Under the pieces are notes generated by a model. It saw nothing but the letters and a program-made list of their open reading frames with translations. It was not told where the DNA came from and searched no databases. A program made the position numbers and the translations under genes. From Kiritimatiellia bacterium (GTDB lineage Bacteria; Verrucomicrobiota; Kiritimatiellia; RFP12; JBMNHG01), in NCBI GenBank assembly GCA_050950285.1, contig JBMNHG010000011.1:62001-126000 (forward strand): a stretch of 64,000 nucleotides of DNA, written 5' to 3'. This document shows positions 1 to 9,325 of this stretch, piece after piece. Numbering within the stretch: the first letter of the stretch is position 1; the number at the start of each line of letters is the position of its first letter.

Positions 1-1601
1 GTTCCGCCGGCGACCACCAGCGTGCCGTCGCCCGTGATCGCGCCGGAAAACACCGCGTCGGGATCGACGCCGTTGAGCGTGAGAACGGAAAAACCGCTCA
101 TGGCGATCCCGCCGGCGCCATCCAGCCCGCCGACCGTTTCGGCCGCATGGGCCATCGTGTAGTCGGCGGCGGGGCCCAGTTCCAGCACGCGGTCGTCGCG
201 GAACGCATCAAAGGATTCCACGGCGGCGACGGCGGAAAGATCCACGGCTTTCTTGTAGAAGAACGTGTGCCCCATGTAAACGTTGCCGTTCCAGCTTCCA
301 TAGAGGTCGGCCGAATCGATCGGATGGTACGTCGCGCCGTCGAACGACACGTCGAGCGTCCACTTGGTCACGCAACGCTTGAGCCCTTGCACGTTGTCGC
401 CGCAGAACAGACGATACTGGTCGAAATCGACCGGCCCGCCCAGCTCGATCACGAAGGCGTACCCGTTCGCCACCGAAGCGGCGTCCAAGCCGCCCCAGGT
501 GGCCATCGCACCTCCGACCGCCTTGTTGGCGTCGTACCCGTTCCACTCCTCGCTCGGCATTCGCGCGGTGGCGTCGATGAGCCCTGCGGCCGGCGTCTTC
601 AGACCGTCCGCCCGGTAGGCGACCGTTCCGGCGGGCCACGGAACCTTCTCGCCGTTCTTGTTGATTTCAAGCTCGCTCAACTGAAGCATAACCCCCTCGC
701 CCGCGCCCGAATTGCCCCCGCTGATTTCCGTCACCCGGATGCGGATGTACTGGAAAGCCCCCGTCGAGTCGAACGCGCCGGAGATGCGGTTGCCCTCGAA
801 GGAGGGCAGCGTTTCGGCGCCGGGGAGCGGCCCCTGGACGTCGGCGTCGTGGTCGCGCGGCGGCCAACCGTACAAGGCCTGGAAATCGAACGTCTCGTAG
901 TTCACGTTGACGACTTCCCACGTGATGCCGTCCAGGCTCGATTCGAGCGCCCATTTCCCGGCCCAGTAGGCGGGGTTGGGCGCATTGGAAAACGACGGCA
1001 CGCGGACGCCGAAGTAGTCAAACGTCGTCATGCCGTCGAGGGTCATGGTGAGGGCCGGGCTGTCGCGGACGCCGGTGCCGAACTCGTTCTGGATGTTGAC
1101 CTGGCAGTAGTTGTTCGTGGCGCCGTCGAGCAGGTTCCGGTACGTCGTGATTTCATGCGAATAGCCGTAGGCGTTCTGATCGCTGAGCGACCCGCCGGTG
1201 TAGTTCGTGGTCATGTAGCCATCGTAAAACCCATGCAGCACCGGCGGCACCGCGATGAACTCCCCGTCGAGCGAAAATTCGAGCTCGGCGGTTTGCGAAA
1301 CCTTTGTACTGGTTCCTGAAATCGGCGCATAGCGGATGAAGCGCGCCACCGTCGGCGCGGTTTCGGGATAGTCCACCGTCGCCCCGGCCCAATCGACGGT
1401 GCCATGCAAGGCGTTCGCGACCGGGTTTTCAAACCGATCGACGAGCGTCGGCATCCGGCGGCAGCGGATGTTCCCGCGCATGTCGAGGCTGAGCGGCGCC
1501 GCCGCGCTGTCGAAGGCGAGCGGCATCGCCGCCGGGTTCTCCGCCGTGCCGGCAAGCGTCCACGTGCGCGCGGCGCCCGTGTTGTAAAGGTAGAACGCGG
1601 T
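1..1601 (-). CDS. C-terminal part (runs off the window) of a large autotransporter-repeat surface protein with F5/8-like beta-sandwich inserts; continuation of the 2490 gene after a frameshift
   Basis: Not in the ORF track. Read manually, the frame is open from 1667 to 1: ...TAFYLYNTGAARTWTLAG...ARFIRYAP...WALESSLDGITWEVV...FQYIRIRVT...WTLDVSFDGATYHPID...ETVGGLDGAGGIAMSGFSVLTLNG...FSGAITGDGTLVVAGG. Confidence 0.75.
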
Positions 1602-2490
1602 CGAGTTCGAGCGTGGCGCCGCTGGCGATCGACACCGAGGCGGACGCCGGGAAGACGGGAATCGGGTTCAGGCAGTTGACGGGATCCATGCGAGGGCCGT
1701 AGCCCCAAGTGCCATCGACCATGTCTCGTCCATAGCCTGCCGTGCAGAACGTCTCCTGGTCGTCAAAGCGGTACCAGTCAATACCCTCCGCGCCGTCCAC
1801 GCCCACGTCCACGCTGAACGCATACGGCGTGCGACCGGAGGAAATCGTCGCGGCGGCGATGCGGTAGCCGTCGAAGACGACGTTCGCCCCCATGTCGATC
1901 GTGACATAGACCGGCCAGTAGTTCACCGACCAGTCCGTCGCTTCGGAATGCCCCACGGTCAGGATTTTCGAAGCGTCCGTGTTGTCGGAGTTGACGGCGG
2001 TCGTTCCGGCCGGGTACGCGACGTCGGCATTGGCGAGCGTCACGCCGAAATACCCCATCTGGGTCATCGTCCCGGCGTTCTGCGTGCGCCAGGGGTTTTT
2101 CGCGCGCGGCGTGAACCGCAAGTACCGGGCCGACGTCGTCTTGGTCTGGGCGATCCTCAGCGTCCCGCCCTGCACCTCGACGGCGGAAACGGCGAGCGTC
2201 GACGTCCCCAGGTCGATCCGGCCCGCGCCGGTCTTGACGAGACGGATGTTCGCCCCGATCGAGCCGAGGAAGGACGACTCCGCGTCGTCCGCGCCGATGG
2301 TCAGCGTGGCCGGCGCGCCGGTGTTGACGATGGCCGAGTTCGCGTTGGTGCTCGAAAGCGCGCCGACCGTCGTGTCCGCCCCGGCGAGGTCGAAGGTCCC
2401 GCCGTCCAATGCCAGGGGTTGCGCGGCATGCAGGAGGCACGCCGCCATTCCCAACACGAAAGTCATCAGAGTTTTGTATGCTTTGTTCAT
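1429..2490 (-). CDS. N-terminal part of a secreted autotransporter-repeat/F5/8-like protein, frameshifted near 1600
   Basis: GGAGGAG RBS before ATG 2490; signal peptide MNKAYKTLMTFVLGMAACLLHA; passenger repeat SFLGSIGANIRLVKTGAGRIDL...VEVQGGTLRI; sequence stops looking protein-like after GATLELD. Confidence 0.75.
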   Translation of the reverse strand: MNKAYKTLMTFVLGMAACLLHAAQPLALDGGTFDLAGADTTVGALSSTNANSAIVNTGAPATLTIGADDAESSFLGSIGANIRLVKTGAGRIDLGTSTLAVSAVEVQGGTLRIAQTKTTSARYLRFTPRAKNPWRTQNAGTMTQMGYFGVTLANADVAYPAGTTAVNSDNTDASKILTVGHSEATDWSVNYWPVYVTIDMGANVVFDGYRIAAATISSGRTPYAFSVDVGVDGAEGIDWYRFDDQETFCTAGYGRDMVDGTWGYGPRMDPVNCLNPIPVFPASASVSIASGATLELDRVLPLQHGRRAHVDACRHGGEPGGDAARLRQRGGAAQPRHAREHPLPPDADARRSV

Positions 2491-2609
2491 GCTTGCTACT
2501 CCTCCGTTCTTGTTCGAACCGTTGACGCGGTTTGTTGTGGAAAACAGCCCAACCTGGGTTGAGGTTGTTGACGTTGCAAGAGAAAAAACCTTTTCCATTG
2601 AGCAACACG

Positions 2610-2639
2610 GTTTTATCAAACCAAGCGAGGCATTGTCAA
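2610..2639 (-). promoter_or_regulatory. sigma70-like promoter for the 2490 gene
   Basis: TTGACA (2639-2634), 18-nt spacer ending in TGA, TAAAAC (2615-2610); resembles the promoter at 16450-16478. Confidence 0.6.
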
Positions 2640-2762
2640 CCCAGGCGCGAATTTTATAGTAACTTTTTTTGCATAATGCCGCGTGAAGCGGCTTGGGAAG
2701 CAGCCGACGGGAATCGACGGGAGTCTGTGGCTCCGGGAGAAGGGATCGTTTTCAGTTTGAAA

Positions 2763-4265
2763 TCAGGGAACCAGGAATGTTTCCGCCTCTGCCACAGGGT
2801 CTTTGCGCGTTTTGCGGGCATTGCGCGAACCTTGTATCCCGCCAAGGCCGCCAAGCTGGCAAGGGACGCCGCCGCGTCCGAAGGGGACGCGGCGCCAGCC
2901 GGTTTCGGCGGATCCGGCCATCTTGTCGGGCCAGGGGGCGACGGGATAGCCGCGGGGGTCTTTCGAGGGGCCGCCGTAGACGCGGTCGGGGAAACCGGCT
3001 TCGGACCAGTCGTAAACGCCTTGCAGGATGTCGGGCGCAATCCCCTTTTCCCGCCAATCGACGAGGGCGCTCCACATGTCGGCCAGGTCGCAGATGCCTT
3101 GGTGGTGGCCGGAGCCGTGGGCGCGTCCGGGATTGAGGTAGAGGCGGAAGAAATCGGAAAGCTTCTCCACGCCGCCGGCGGCGTGCGCGGCGGCTTCGGC
3201 GTAGGCGATGTGGGCGGTCGGCTCGCAAATGTCGTCTTCGAGCCCGGCGGTCATCAACAGCTTGCCGCCGCGTGCGGCGAAGCGCGACAGATCGGGATCC
3301 ATGGCGTTGAAAACCGCGCCGGGGCCGGATGCCCAGCGTTCGAGTTCGTCGTCCGTGATGGAGAGCAGCGGCCGGTTCCGGCCGTCGAGCCAGTTCCAAA
3401 GCCAGGATTCGCTGTCGGCGTAGTCTTTGCCGATCCAGACGGAGAGGCGCGCGCCGAAGGGCAGGCCGTAGGAGGCGCGACGCCCGTTCACGACGGCGCC
3501 GGTCCAGATGCGGTGGAACCGCGCGCGGAGGTCCGGGTCGCCGAGGGAGGCGTCGCGCGAGGCGGCGAGGGCGAGGATGCCGTCCTCGTCCGCCTGAGTC
3601 CAGCGGCCGTCCGTGAGGAATCGCCCGGCGGCGTAGGGTTCGTCCTTGTCGGCGAACCAATCGAGGACGGCGCGCTCCACGACGGCGATCTGCGCGTCGG
3701 AAATCGCGCGGGCGCCGTCGGGGCGGGAAATCTGGCGCATGTTCCAGACGTATTTGACGTGGTAGGAAACGCGGGCGAGGGCGGGGACGATGGCGAGGAC
3801 GGCGTCGTAGTCGTCCGGATAACGCTGGGCTTCCATGAGCCCCTGGTTGCCGCCGGTGGAAGCGCCGTAGAAATAGGCGCGGACCGGCGGGCGTCCGTAG
3901 AACGTCTCCGCGAGCGCCTTGGCGGAGCGGGTCATGAGGTGCGTGGCACGGTGGGCGAAGTCCTCCCAGACTTCGGGCTTGCCGAAGGCGCGGTTGTCCG
4001 AGGTGCCGAGATCGGTGTGGACGACGGCGTCGCCCACGCGGGCGAAGGCGGGCATGGCGGACGGCGCGCCGCCTCCCCCGCCGCCGTTGCCCTGCCCCCA
4101 GAGCCGGCCCGTCCAGCGCTCCGGCGGGGGCAAAATGACCTGGCAGCGGATCAGCGAATCGGACGAAGGGCGGAGCGCGTAGTCGATGCGCAGCCCTTCC
4201 GGGATTTCGGCGCGGGCCGTCTCGACGCCGCCGCATGCGGACAGCGCTGCTGCAAAGGTTTTCAT
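2763..4265 (-). CDS. tannase/feruloyl esterase family alpha/beta hydrolase
   Basis: WTGRLWGQGNGG, AYFYGASTGGNQGLMEAQRYPDDYD, PDLSRFAARGGKLL, FFRLYLNPGRAH; ATG 4265 overlaps the upstream stop (ATGA). Confidence 0.9.
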   Translation of the reverse strand: MKTFAAALSACGGVETARAEIPEGLRIDYALRPSSDSLIRCQVILPPPERWTGRLWGQGNGGGGGGAPSAMPAFARVGDAVVHTDLGTSDNRAFGKPEVWEDFAHRATHLMTRSAKALAETFYGRPPVRAYFYGASTGGNQGLMEAQRYPDDYDAVLAIVPALARVSYHVKYVWNMRQISRPDGARAISDAQIAVVERAVLDWFADKDEPYAAGRFLTDGRWTQADEDGILALAASRDASLGDPDLRARFHRIWTGAVVNGRRASYGLPFGARLSVWIGKDYADSESWLWNWLDGRNRPLLSITDDELERWASGPGAVFNAMDPDLSRFAARGGKLLMTAGLEDDICEPTAHIAYAEAAAHAAGGVEKLSDFFRLYLNPGRAHGSGHHQGICDLADMWSALVDWREKGIAPDILQGVYDWSEAGFPDRVYGGPSKDPRGYPVAPWPDKMAGSAETGWRRVPFGRGGVPCQLGGLGGIQGSRNARKTRKDPVAEAETFLVP

Positions 4266-6439
4266 GGTGCGTCCCCATGCGTGTCGAAGGTGATCGACAG
4301 CGTGTTGGCGCCGTCGCGGAGGGCGTCGAACGGGACGAACGGCGAGGCAAGGGGCTTGCCGTTGAGTGTCAGGCGGGCGGTGTCCGCCGCGCCGCGGCCG
4401 GTCATCTCGATGTCGAGCGTCGCGCCGCGCAGATGGAGCCCGCGCACGGCGAAGGGGATGCCGTCGTTCATCGGACGGAACGAGACGCCGTCCCGGGAGA
4501 CGCCGAGCCCGAGCCAGAGGTCGAGCGCGTCGGCGAACCAGCCCTTGGCGGCGAAGAACTGCTTGTTGCCAAGCTCGTCGGAATAGTCCGCCGGGTCGGC
4601 GTTGACGACGTCGGCGGTCTGGCCTTCCGGATAGGTGAGGACGCGGCCGTGCGAGCCGACGATGCGCCGGAAGCGCGCGAGCGCGCCGGTGCGGCCGGCG
4701 GCGTTCTGCACGTTCCAGAAGGTGCGATCCTGCACGGGGTAGTAGGCGCCGAACTGGTTGCCGTCCGAGCAGCGGATCGAGGAGTCGGCGGCGTACATGG
4801 CGAGGCGGTCGCCGACGAGGAAGCGGCGCTCCATGTAGGCGGCGGATTCGCCGTAGTCGACGCCGCCCGCCGCGGCCTCGACCCACCGGTAGATGTCGCG
4901 GGCGAAGCGGGAGACGTGGTAGAAGCCGTGGAGCGGACGGTAGGGGCGCGGGCGGGCGGCCCGGGCGTCCCAGGAGTCGAACCAATAGTGGGTGTCGGCG
5001 TCCCAGAACTTCGCGACGAGGTCGGCGGCGGCCTCGTCGACGCCCTCGTCCTCGCCGGAAAGCTCGCGCCAGGCGCAAAGCCCCTGCCAATAAACGGAGC
5101 AGTTGGCCAGGCAGAAGTCGTCCTTCTCCTGTTCAAGCGGGTAGCGCTCGTCGGGAATCCAGCCCTGTCCGCGCGGCAGGTGGAACGGCGCGACTTCCTC
5201 GCGGACGCGGCGCACGAGGCTCCGCGCAAAATCCATGCACGCGGCCTTGAAGGCCTCGTCGCCGGTCGCGTTGACGTATTCATCGAACAGGATCAGCCAG
5301 AAGGCGGCGTTGACCGGGTTGAAGCAGACTTCGCCCGGCATGGAGGCGTTTGCCTCCTGGAAGGCGAAATCCGTCGTGTAGGCGTGTTCGATCATGCCGT
5401 CCGTGCCGGCGTTGTCGCGGAAGAAGGCGAGCATCCGGCGCACCTCGGCGGCGCGGCCGCAGAGCGCCAGCGCGCCCGAATGGACCAGCGCGTCCCAGCC
5501 CCAGACCCAGTAGGTCGGCGAGGCGCGGAACGCGCCGAGGCCGTCCACTTCGTACGCCGCCGCCATCGCCGGGACGAAGCCGAGGTGGCCGTCCACGAAG
5601 GCGTCGCCGGTCTCGAAGCGGACGTCGGGCGCGCGGCGGGCCGCGAAATCGGCGAAGACGCGATCCACGCGCGCCGGGGAAAGCGCCTCGTCCGGCGCGC
5701 GGTCGAAGACCCACCAGAAGAGATGGGTGGAACCGTCCGCGGCCGGCAAGGGAGCGCGTTCCTCCAGTTCGAAGCGGAAGTCCTGCGTGAGGTCGGGGCT
5801 GCGGGCGAAGGTGCGGGGATCGACGGTCGAGTTGATCGGGAACGCGACGGGATGGGCCGAGCCGATTTCCATCGTCACGACCGCGCCGCCGTCGAACGTG
5901 GCGGCGGCGACGAGGACGCCGCGCTCCCGGTCGACGCGCCACGTCGCGCCCTGCCCCATGCCGGGGTTCATCTGGACGAGGCGGCAGCGGACGTCCTTGC
6001 CGGAGGGGTTCGACAGCACCGTCACGCGCCGGAAGAGCGCGTTGCGGTCGAGCACGAGCTCGTGGCGGAGCCGCACGTCTTCAAGCGTGCATTCGCTGCG
6101 ATAGCCGAAGGGATAATGGACGGTGTTCTCGAACGTCAGGCGGTAGGGGCGGCCGTCGATCAGCGCCTGCACGACCATGCAGCGCAGGAAGGCGCACTGC
6201 TCGTTGGAGCTGAAGAAGCGCTGGCTCTTGAAGGGCTGCTTCCCGACGTAGTCCAGCTCGAAGACGCCGGCGATGTCGGCGACCTTGGCGGAGATGCGCC
6301 CGGACAGGTAGAAGTTGCGCCGGACGCCGAAGCCCGACGCGGCAAAAGGAAGGCCGTTTTCAAATGCAATGGACATGGTTGACGACTCCGGATGAGGATC
6401 ACGCTTCAATGGACTTGCCAATTCACTTTTCTGCTTCAT
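4262..6439 (-). CDS. putative six-hairpin (alpha/alpha)6 glycosidase, no signal peptide
   Basis: YWVWGWDAL motif, FDEYVNATGD, C-terminal LWLGLGV...VRGLHLRGATLDIEMTG...LTLNG typical of GH63/65/78-like folds; ATGA overlap at 6436-6439; alternative start 6376. Confidence 0.65.
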   Translation of the reverse strand: MKQKSELASPLKRDPHPESSTMSIAFENGLPFAASGFGVRRNFYLSGRISAKVADIAGVFELDYVGKQPFKSQRFFSSNEQCAFLRCMVVQALIDGRPYRLTFENTVHYPFGYRSECTLEDVRLRHELVLDRNALFRRVTVLSNPSGKDVRCRLVQMNPGMGQGATWRVDRERGVLVAAATFDGGAVVTMEIGSAHPVAFPINSTVDPRTFARSPDLTQDFRFELEERAPLPAADGSTHLFWWVFDRAPDEALSPARVDRVFADFAARRAPDVRFETGDAFVDGHLGFVPAMAAAYEVDGLGAFRASPTYWVWGWDALVHSGALALCGRAAEVRRMLAFFRDNAGTDGMIEHAYTTDFAFQEANASMPGEVCFNPVNAAFWLILFDEYVNATGDEAFKAACMDFARSLVRRVREEVAPFHLPRGQGWIPDERYPLEQEKDDFCLANCSVYWQGLCAWRELSGEDEGVDEAAADLVAKFWDADTHYWFDSWDARAARPRPYRPLHGFYHVSRFARDIYRWVEAAAGGVDYGESAAYMERRFLVGDRLAMYAADSSIRCSDGNQFGAYYPVQDRTFWNVQNAAGRTGALARFRRIVGSHGRVLTYPEGQTADVVNADPADYSDELGNKQFFAAKGWFADALDLWLGLGVSRDGVSFRPMNDGIPFAVRGLHLRGATLDIEMTGRGAADTARLTLNGKPLASPFVPFDALRDGANTLSITFDTHGDAP

Positions 6440-9162
6440 GCTATCACCGTGTGGAAGGTTCGATCGAGTCCTTGGGCGGCGAACGGCACGTAGGCGCCGT
6501 CGAGGCCGCGGGCGTAGGCGGCGAGCGTCGTACGGGCGAGGGACGAGGCAGGGTCGCAGGCGGCGAGTGCGCGGGCAAGGTAGAGCTCCTTGAGCTGGCT
6601 GTTGCGGAGCGATGTGTTGCAGGCGTCGGCATCGGTGCGTTCGATGAGTTTCTTGAAGTCCGTCGTTGCATGGTCCCCCATGCCCGGCGCCTGCAACAGG
6701 CGCTCGAGATCGGGCGCGGCGGCGGGATCGGGATTCGCGAGAAGCGCGAGGCCGATCGCCCGGAAATGCGAAAACGGCATCTCGGGCGCGAGGGAACGCA
6801 AGCAGGCCAGCACCGCGTCGCGGTCGCCGCCGATCCGCGAAAGGGCGATCAGTTTTGCGTCGAACCGGCTCATGCAGGGGCCGAACTGGCCCATGCCGCG
6901 GTAATCCCAGCCGTCGTCCCACGCGCCGTCGCGCACGGCGGCGGCGAGAAGGGCCTTGCCGCGGGCGTCGCCCGTGAAGGCGAGCGCGAGCGCGAGCTCC
7001 GGATCGTCGGGGGCGGCGGCGAAGCGCGCCGCGAGGTCGGCGCGGGCGGCGGATCCGTCACCGACAAAAAGCGCGGCCGCGTCGCGCCACGGGTCGTCCG
7101 GCGCGAACGCGCTCTCGACGTCGACGTCCTCCGCGACGGAAGCGTCGAAGTGGCCGTCGGCGGCCAGTTCGCGCTGGATCGGCCGGAGGTCGAGCGCACG
7201 GAGCGGGCAGCCGTTTCGGGCGGCCGCGGCGGCGACGAGCCCCGCCGCATAGCCCTGGTTCTGCACATCGGCCTGCATGCGCACAAGCGGCATGCAGTCG
7301 CGGTGCGCGGCGATGCCGAGCCCGGTCGAGAGGATTCCCTCGAGGCCGCGCGGCAGCAGCGCACGGAGCGGAATCGCGGCGAGGTGGCCGTCGTGCGCCG
7401 TCGGACGGATCATGAAGAGCGGATGGACGATGAACCCGTGCGTGTCGAAGTTGCTGTAGGCGACATTGATCGTGTCCCGGTAGCGGCGGTTGGCGAAGAA
7501 ATCCTGGGGTTGCAGCGTGAGGTCGCCCACAATGCGGCGCCGTTCGCGCGTGTTGAGGTTGGGGCAGACGTCGAAGACGTCGGTGAACTTCGCCCGCGAC
7601 ATCACGAAGGCGCGCGTCGCGTCGACGACGTCCTGGTCGACGATGAACTGGTAGTCGGTGTTGGTGTAGGTCGAATAGAGCCGGACGGGCGGGATGCCCG
7701 CGCCCTGGAGGGCGGGCTCGACCGCCAGGTCGCCGGACGACGTTCCGGCGCCTGCGGCTGCGGCGACGTCCGCCGCGCCGGTCGCGTCCACGACCACGCG
7801 GGCGCGCACGATGCCGCATCCGTGGGGACCCGCGACCACGGCGCCCGCGACGCGCCGGCCGCCGCAGGCGACAAGCGCGGCGACCGCCTGCGTGCCGAAC
7901 CATACCGACGCGCCGGCGCGCACCGCCTCGCGGAGAAACCACGCCTCCTTCCACCCGCCGTCGAAAAACGGATCCTCCCGCTTCCAGAAGGGATCCGCGT
8001 CCATCGCGTAAACCCCGTCGTCGACCTCCCGCGTGAATCCGACGCGACGGCCGTAGTAGTACGAGCTGGTGCGGCCGACGGTCATGCAGCCGCCCAGCGC
8101 GTGCAGCGCGTCGAGGCAGAGGGTGCGCGCTCCCGCTCGGGCGGCGGCGATCGCCGCGGGCGCGCCGGCCGTGCCGCCGCCCACGACGAGCACGTCGACC
8201 TCGTCGAAGACCGGGAAGCCCGCGAGAACGAAATCGACCGTCGGACGATCGCCAAAGCGGCAGGACGGATCCTTGCGGACGATTTCCTCGCCTGCGGCGG
8301 GCGGCGCGGCGTCCGCGGCTCCTCCGGCGGCCCGGAGCGAAGACGCCGCCGTGTCCGGCAGGCGTTTCGCGAGCGCGGCGGCGGCGCGCCCGGCGCCGGC
8401 CACCGGAAGGAACAGCGGGCGCTCCGCGCAGGGCGCGAGCGGCGCGGCGGTGCGGCGTTCGAACCCGAAGGACGGCACGGCGGACATCGCCCGCGTCCGC
8501 CCGCACCACGAGGCGAAGCGGAGCGCGGCAGTGGCGGCAGCGCACGTGGCGGGGGTGTCGTCGGTGAAATCGAACTCGATCGAGGCGCGGAACAGTTGCG
8601 TGTCGTGGTCGGGCCCGTCGGGGAAGCGGACCGGAAGCGCCTCGACGCGGAGCCCCTCGCGCGGTTCGGCGGCGCCGCCCGCGAGGATGTGCGAGACCGT
8701 GCGGCGACCGGGCTGGAACGGCGCCATCGCGACCCCCGCCGATTCCAGGGCCTGGAGGCGCGAGGTGGCGTCGACGACGGTCTTGGCCTTCACGGCGACG
8801 AACCCGCTCCGCGTGCCGAAGACCCAGCCGGCGAAGGATCCCTCCGCGCCGGCGAGCGGGCGCACGGGATGCATCCCGAAGAGGAACCCGATTCCCGCGT
8901 CGATGACCCAGCGGTCGAGCGTTCGCTTCACCTCGAACGGCGTGGCGAAATGGTCGAGGCCGGCCGCGCGGCGGAATGCGTCGGCGGCGGCGCCCTGGAG
9001 GTCGAGCGTGAGGCAGAGGTCCTCGCCGAAGGAGGAGAACGGCGTCGCAAGGAAGACCGACGCACCGGCGGCGCGTGCCTCAAGGGCCTCGCGCACTGCG
9101 GGCGTCGTGCCGCCGATGAACAGGACGTCGCAGGAAGCGACGATGGGGATCGGAAGTTTCAT
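6436..9162 (-). CDS. FAD-dependent oxidoreductase (FAD_oxidored-like, duplicated domain) with helical C-terminus
   Basis: DVLVVGGGTAGAPAAIAAARAGA, VVVDATGAADVA, RERRRIVG, IPLRALLP, RMQADVQNQGYAAG; degenerate first domain DVLFIGG...VVDAT. Confidence 0.85.
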   Translation of the reverse strand: MKLPIPIVASCDVLFIGGTTPAVREALEARAAGASVFLATPFSSFGEDLCLTLDLQGAAADAFRRAAGLDHFATPFEVKRTLDRWVIDAGIGFLFGMHPVRPLAGAEGSFAGWVFGTRSGFVAVKAKTVVDATSRLQALESAGVAMAPFQPGRRTVSHILAGGAAEPREGLRVEALPVRFPDGPDHDTQLFRASIEFDFTDDTPATCAAATAALRFASWCGRTRAMSAVPSFGFERRTAAPLAPCAERPLFLPVAGAGRAAAALAKRLPDTAASSLRAAGGAADAAPPAAGEEIVRKDPSCRFGDRPTVDFVLAGFPVFDEVDVLVVGGGTAGAPAAIAAARAGARTLCLDALHALGGCMTVGRTSSYYYGRRVGFTREVDDGVYAMDADPFWKREDPFFDGGWKEAWFLREAVRAGASVWFGTQAVAALVACGGRRVAGAVVAGPHGCGIVRARVVVDATGAADVAAAAGAGTSSGDLAVEPALQGAGIPPVRLYSTYTNTDYQFIVDQDVVDATRAFVMSRAKFTDVFDVCPNLNTRERRRIVGDLTLQPQDFFANRRYRDTINVAYSNFDTHGFIVHPLFMIRPTAHDGHLAAIPLRALLPRGLEGILSTGLGIAAHRDCMPLVRMQADVQNQGYAAGLVAAAAARNGCPLRALDLRPIQRELAADGHFDASVAEDVDVESAFAPDDPWRDAAALFVGDGSAARADLAARFAAAPDDPELALALAFTGDARGKALLAAAVRDGAWDDGWDYRGMGQFGPCMSRFDAKLIALSRIGGDRDAVLACLRSLAPEMPFSHFRAIGLALLANPDPAAAPDLERLLQAPGMGDHATTDFKKLIERTDADACNTSLRNSQLKELYLARALAACDPASSLARTTLAAYARGLDGAYVPFAAQGLDRTFHTVIA

Positions 9163-9325
9163 GGGAGAGGGCCTTCCATTTTGCAGGGTTCTTGTTTCGC
9201 CGTGCGGACGCGGGGCTCGTTCTCGCCCCGCTGGATGCGTCCGTCGGGACTGTGGGTGCGTACAGGATCCGCTTCGTGTGGTCCGCAAGCGGGCTTGGCG
9301 CGGCAAGGGTTTCGTCGATGATCGT

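Noticed and set aside
1595..1610. Programmed ribosomal frameshift or slipped-strand phase variation at the 1600 junction
   Set aside because: No slippery heptamer, homopolymer or microsatellite at the junction.
2491..2605. Riboswitch in the approximately 110-nt leader of the 2490 gene
   Set aside because: No known aptamer consensus or terminator recognisable by eye; an Rfam/Infernal search would be needed.
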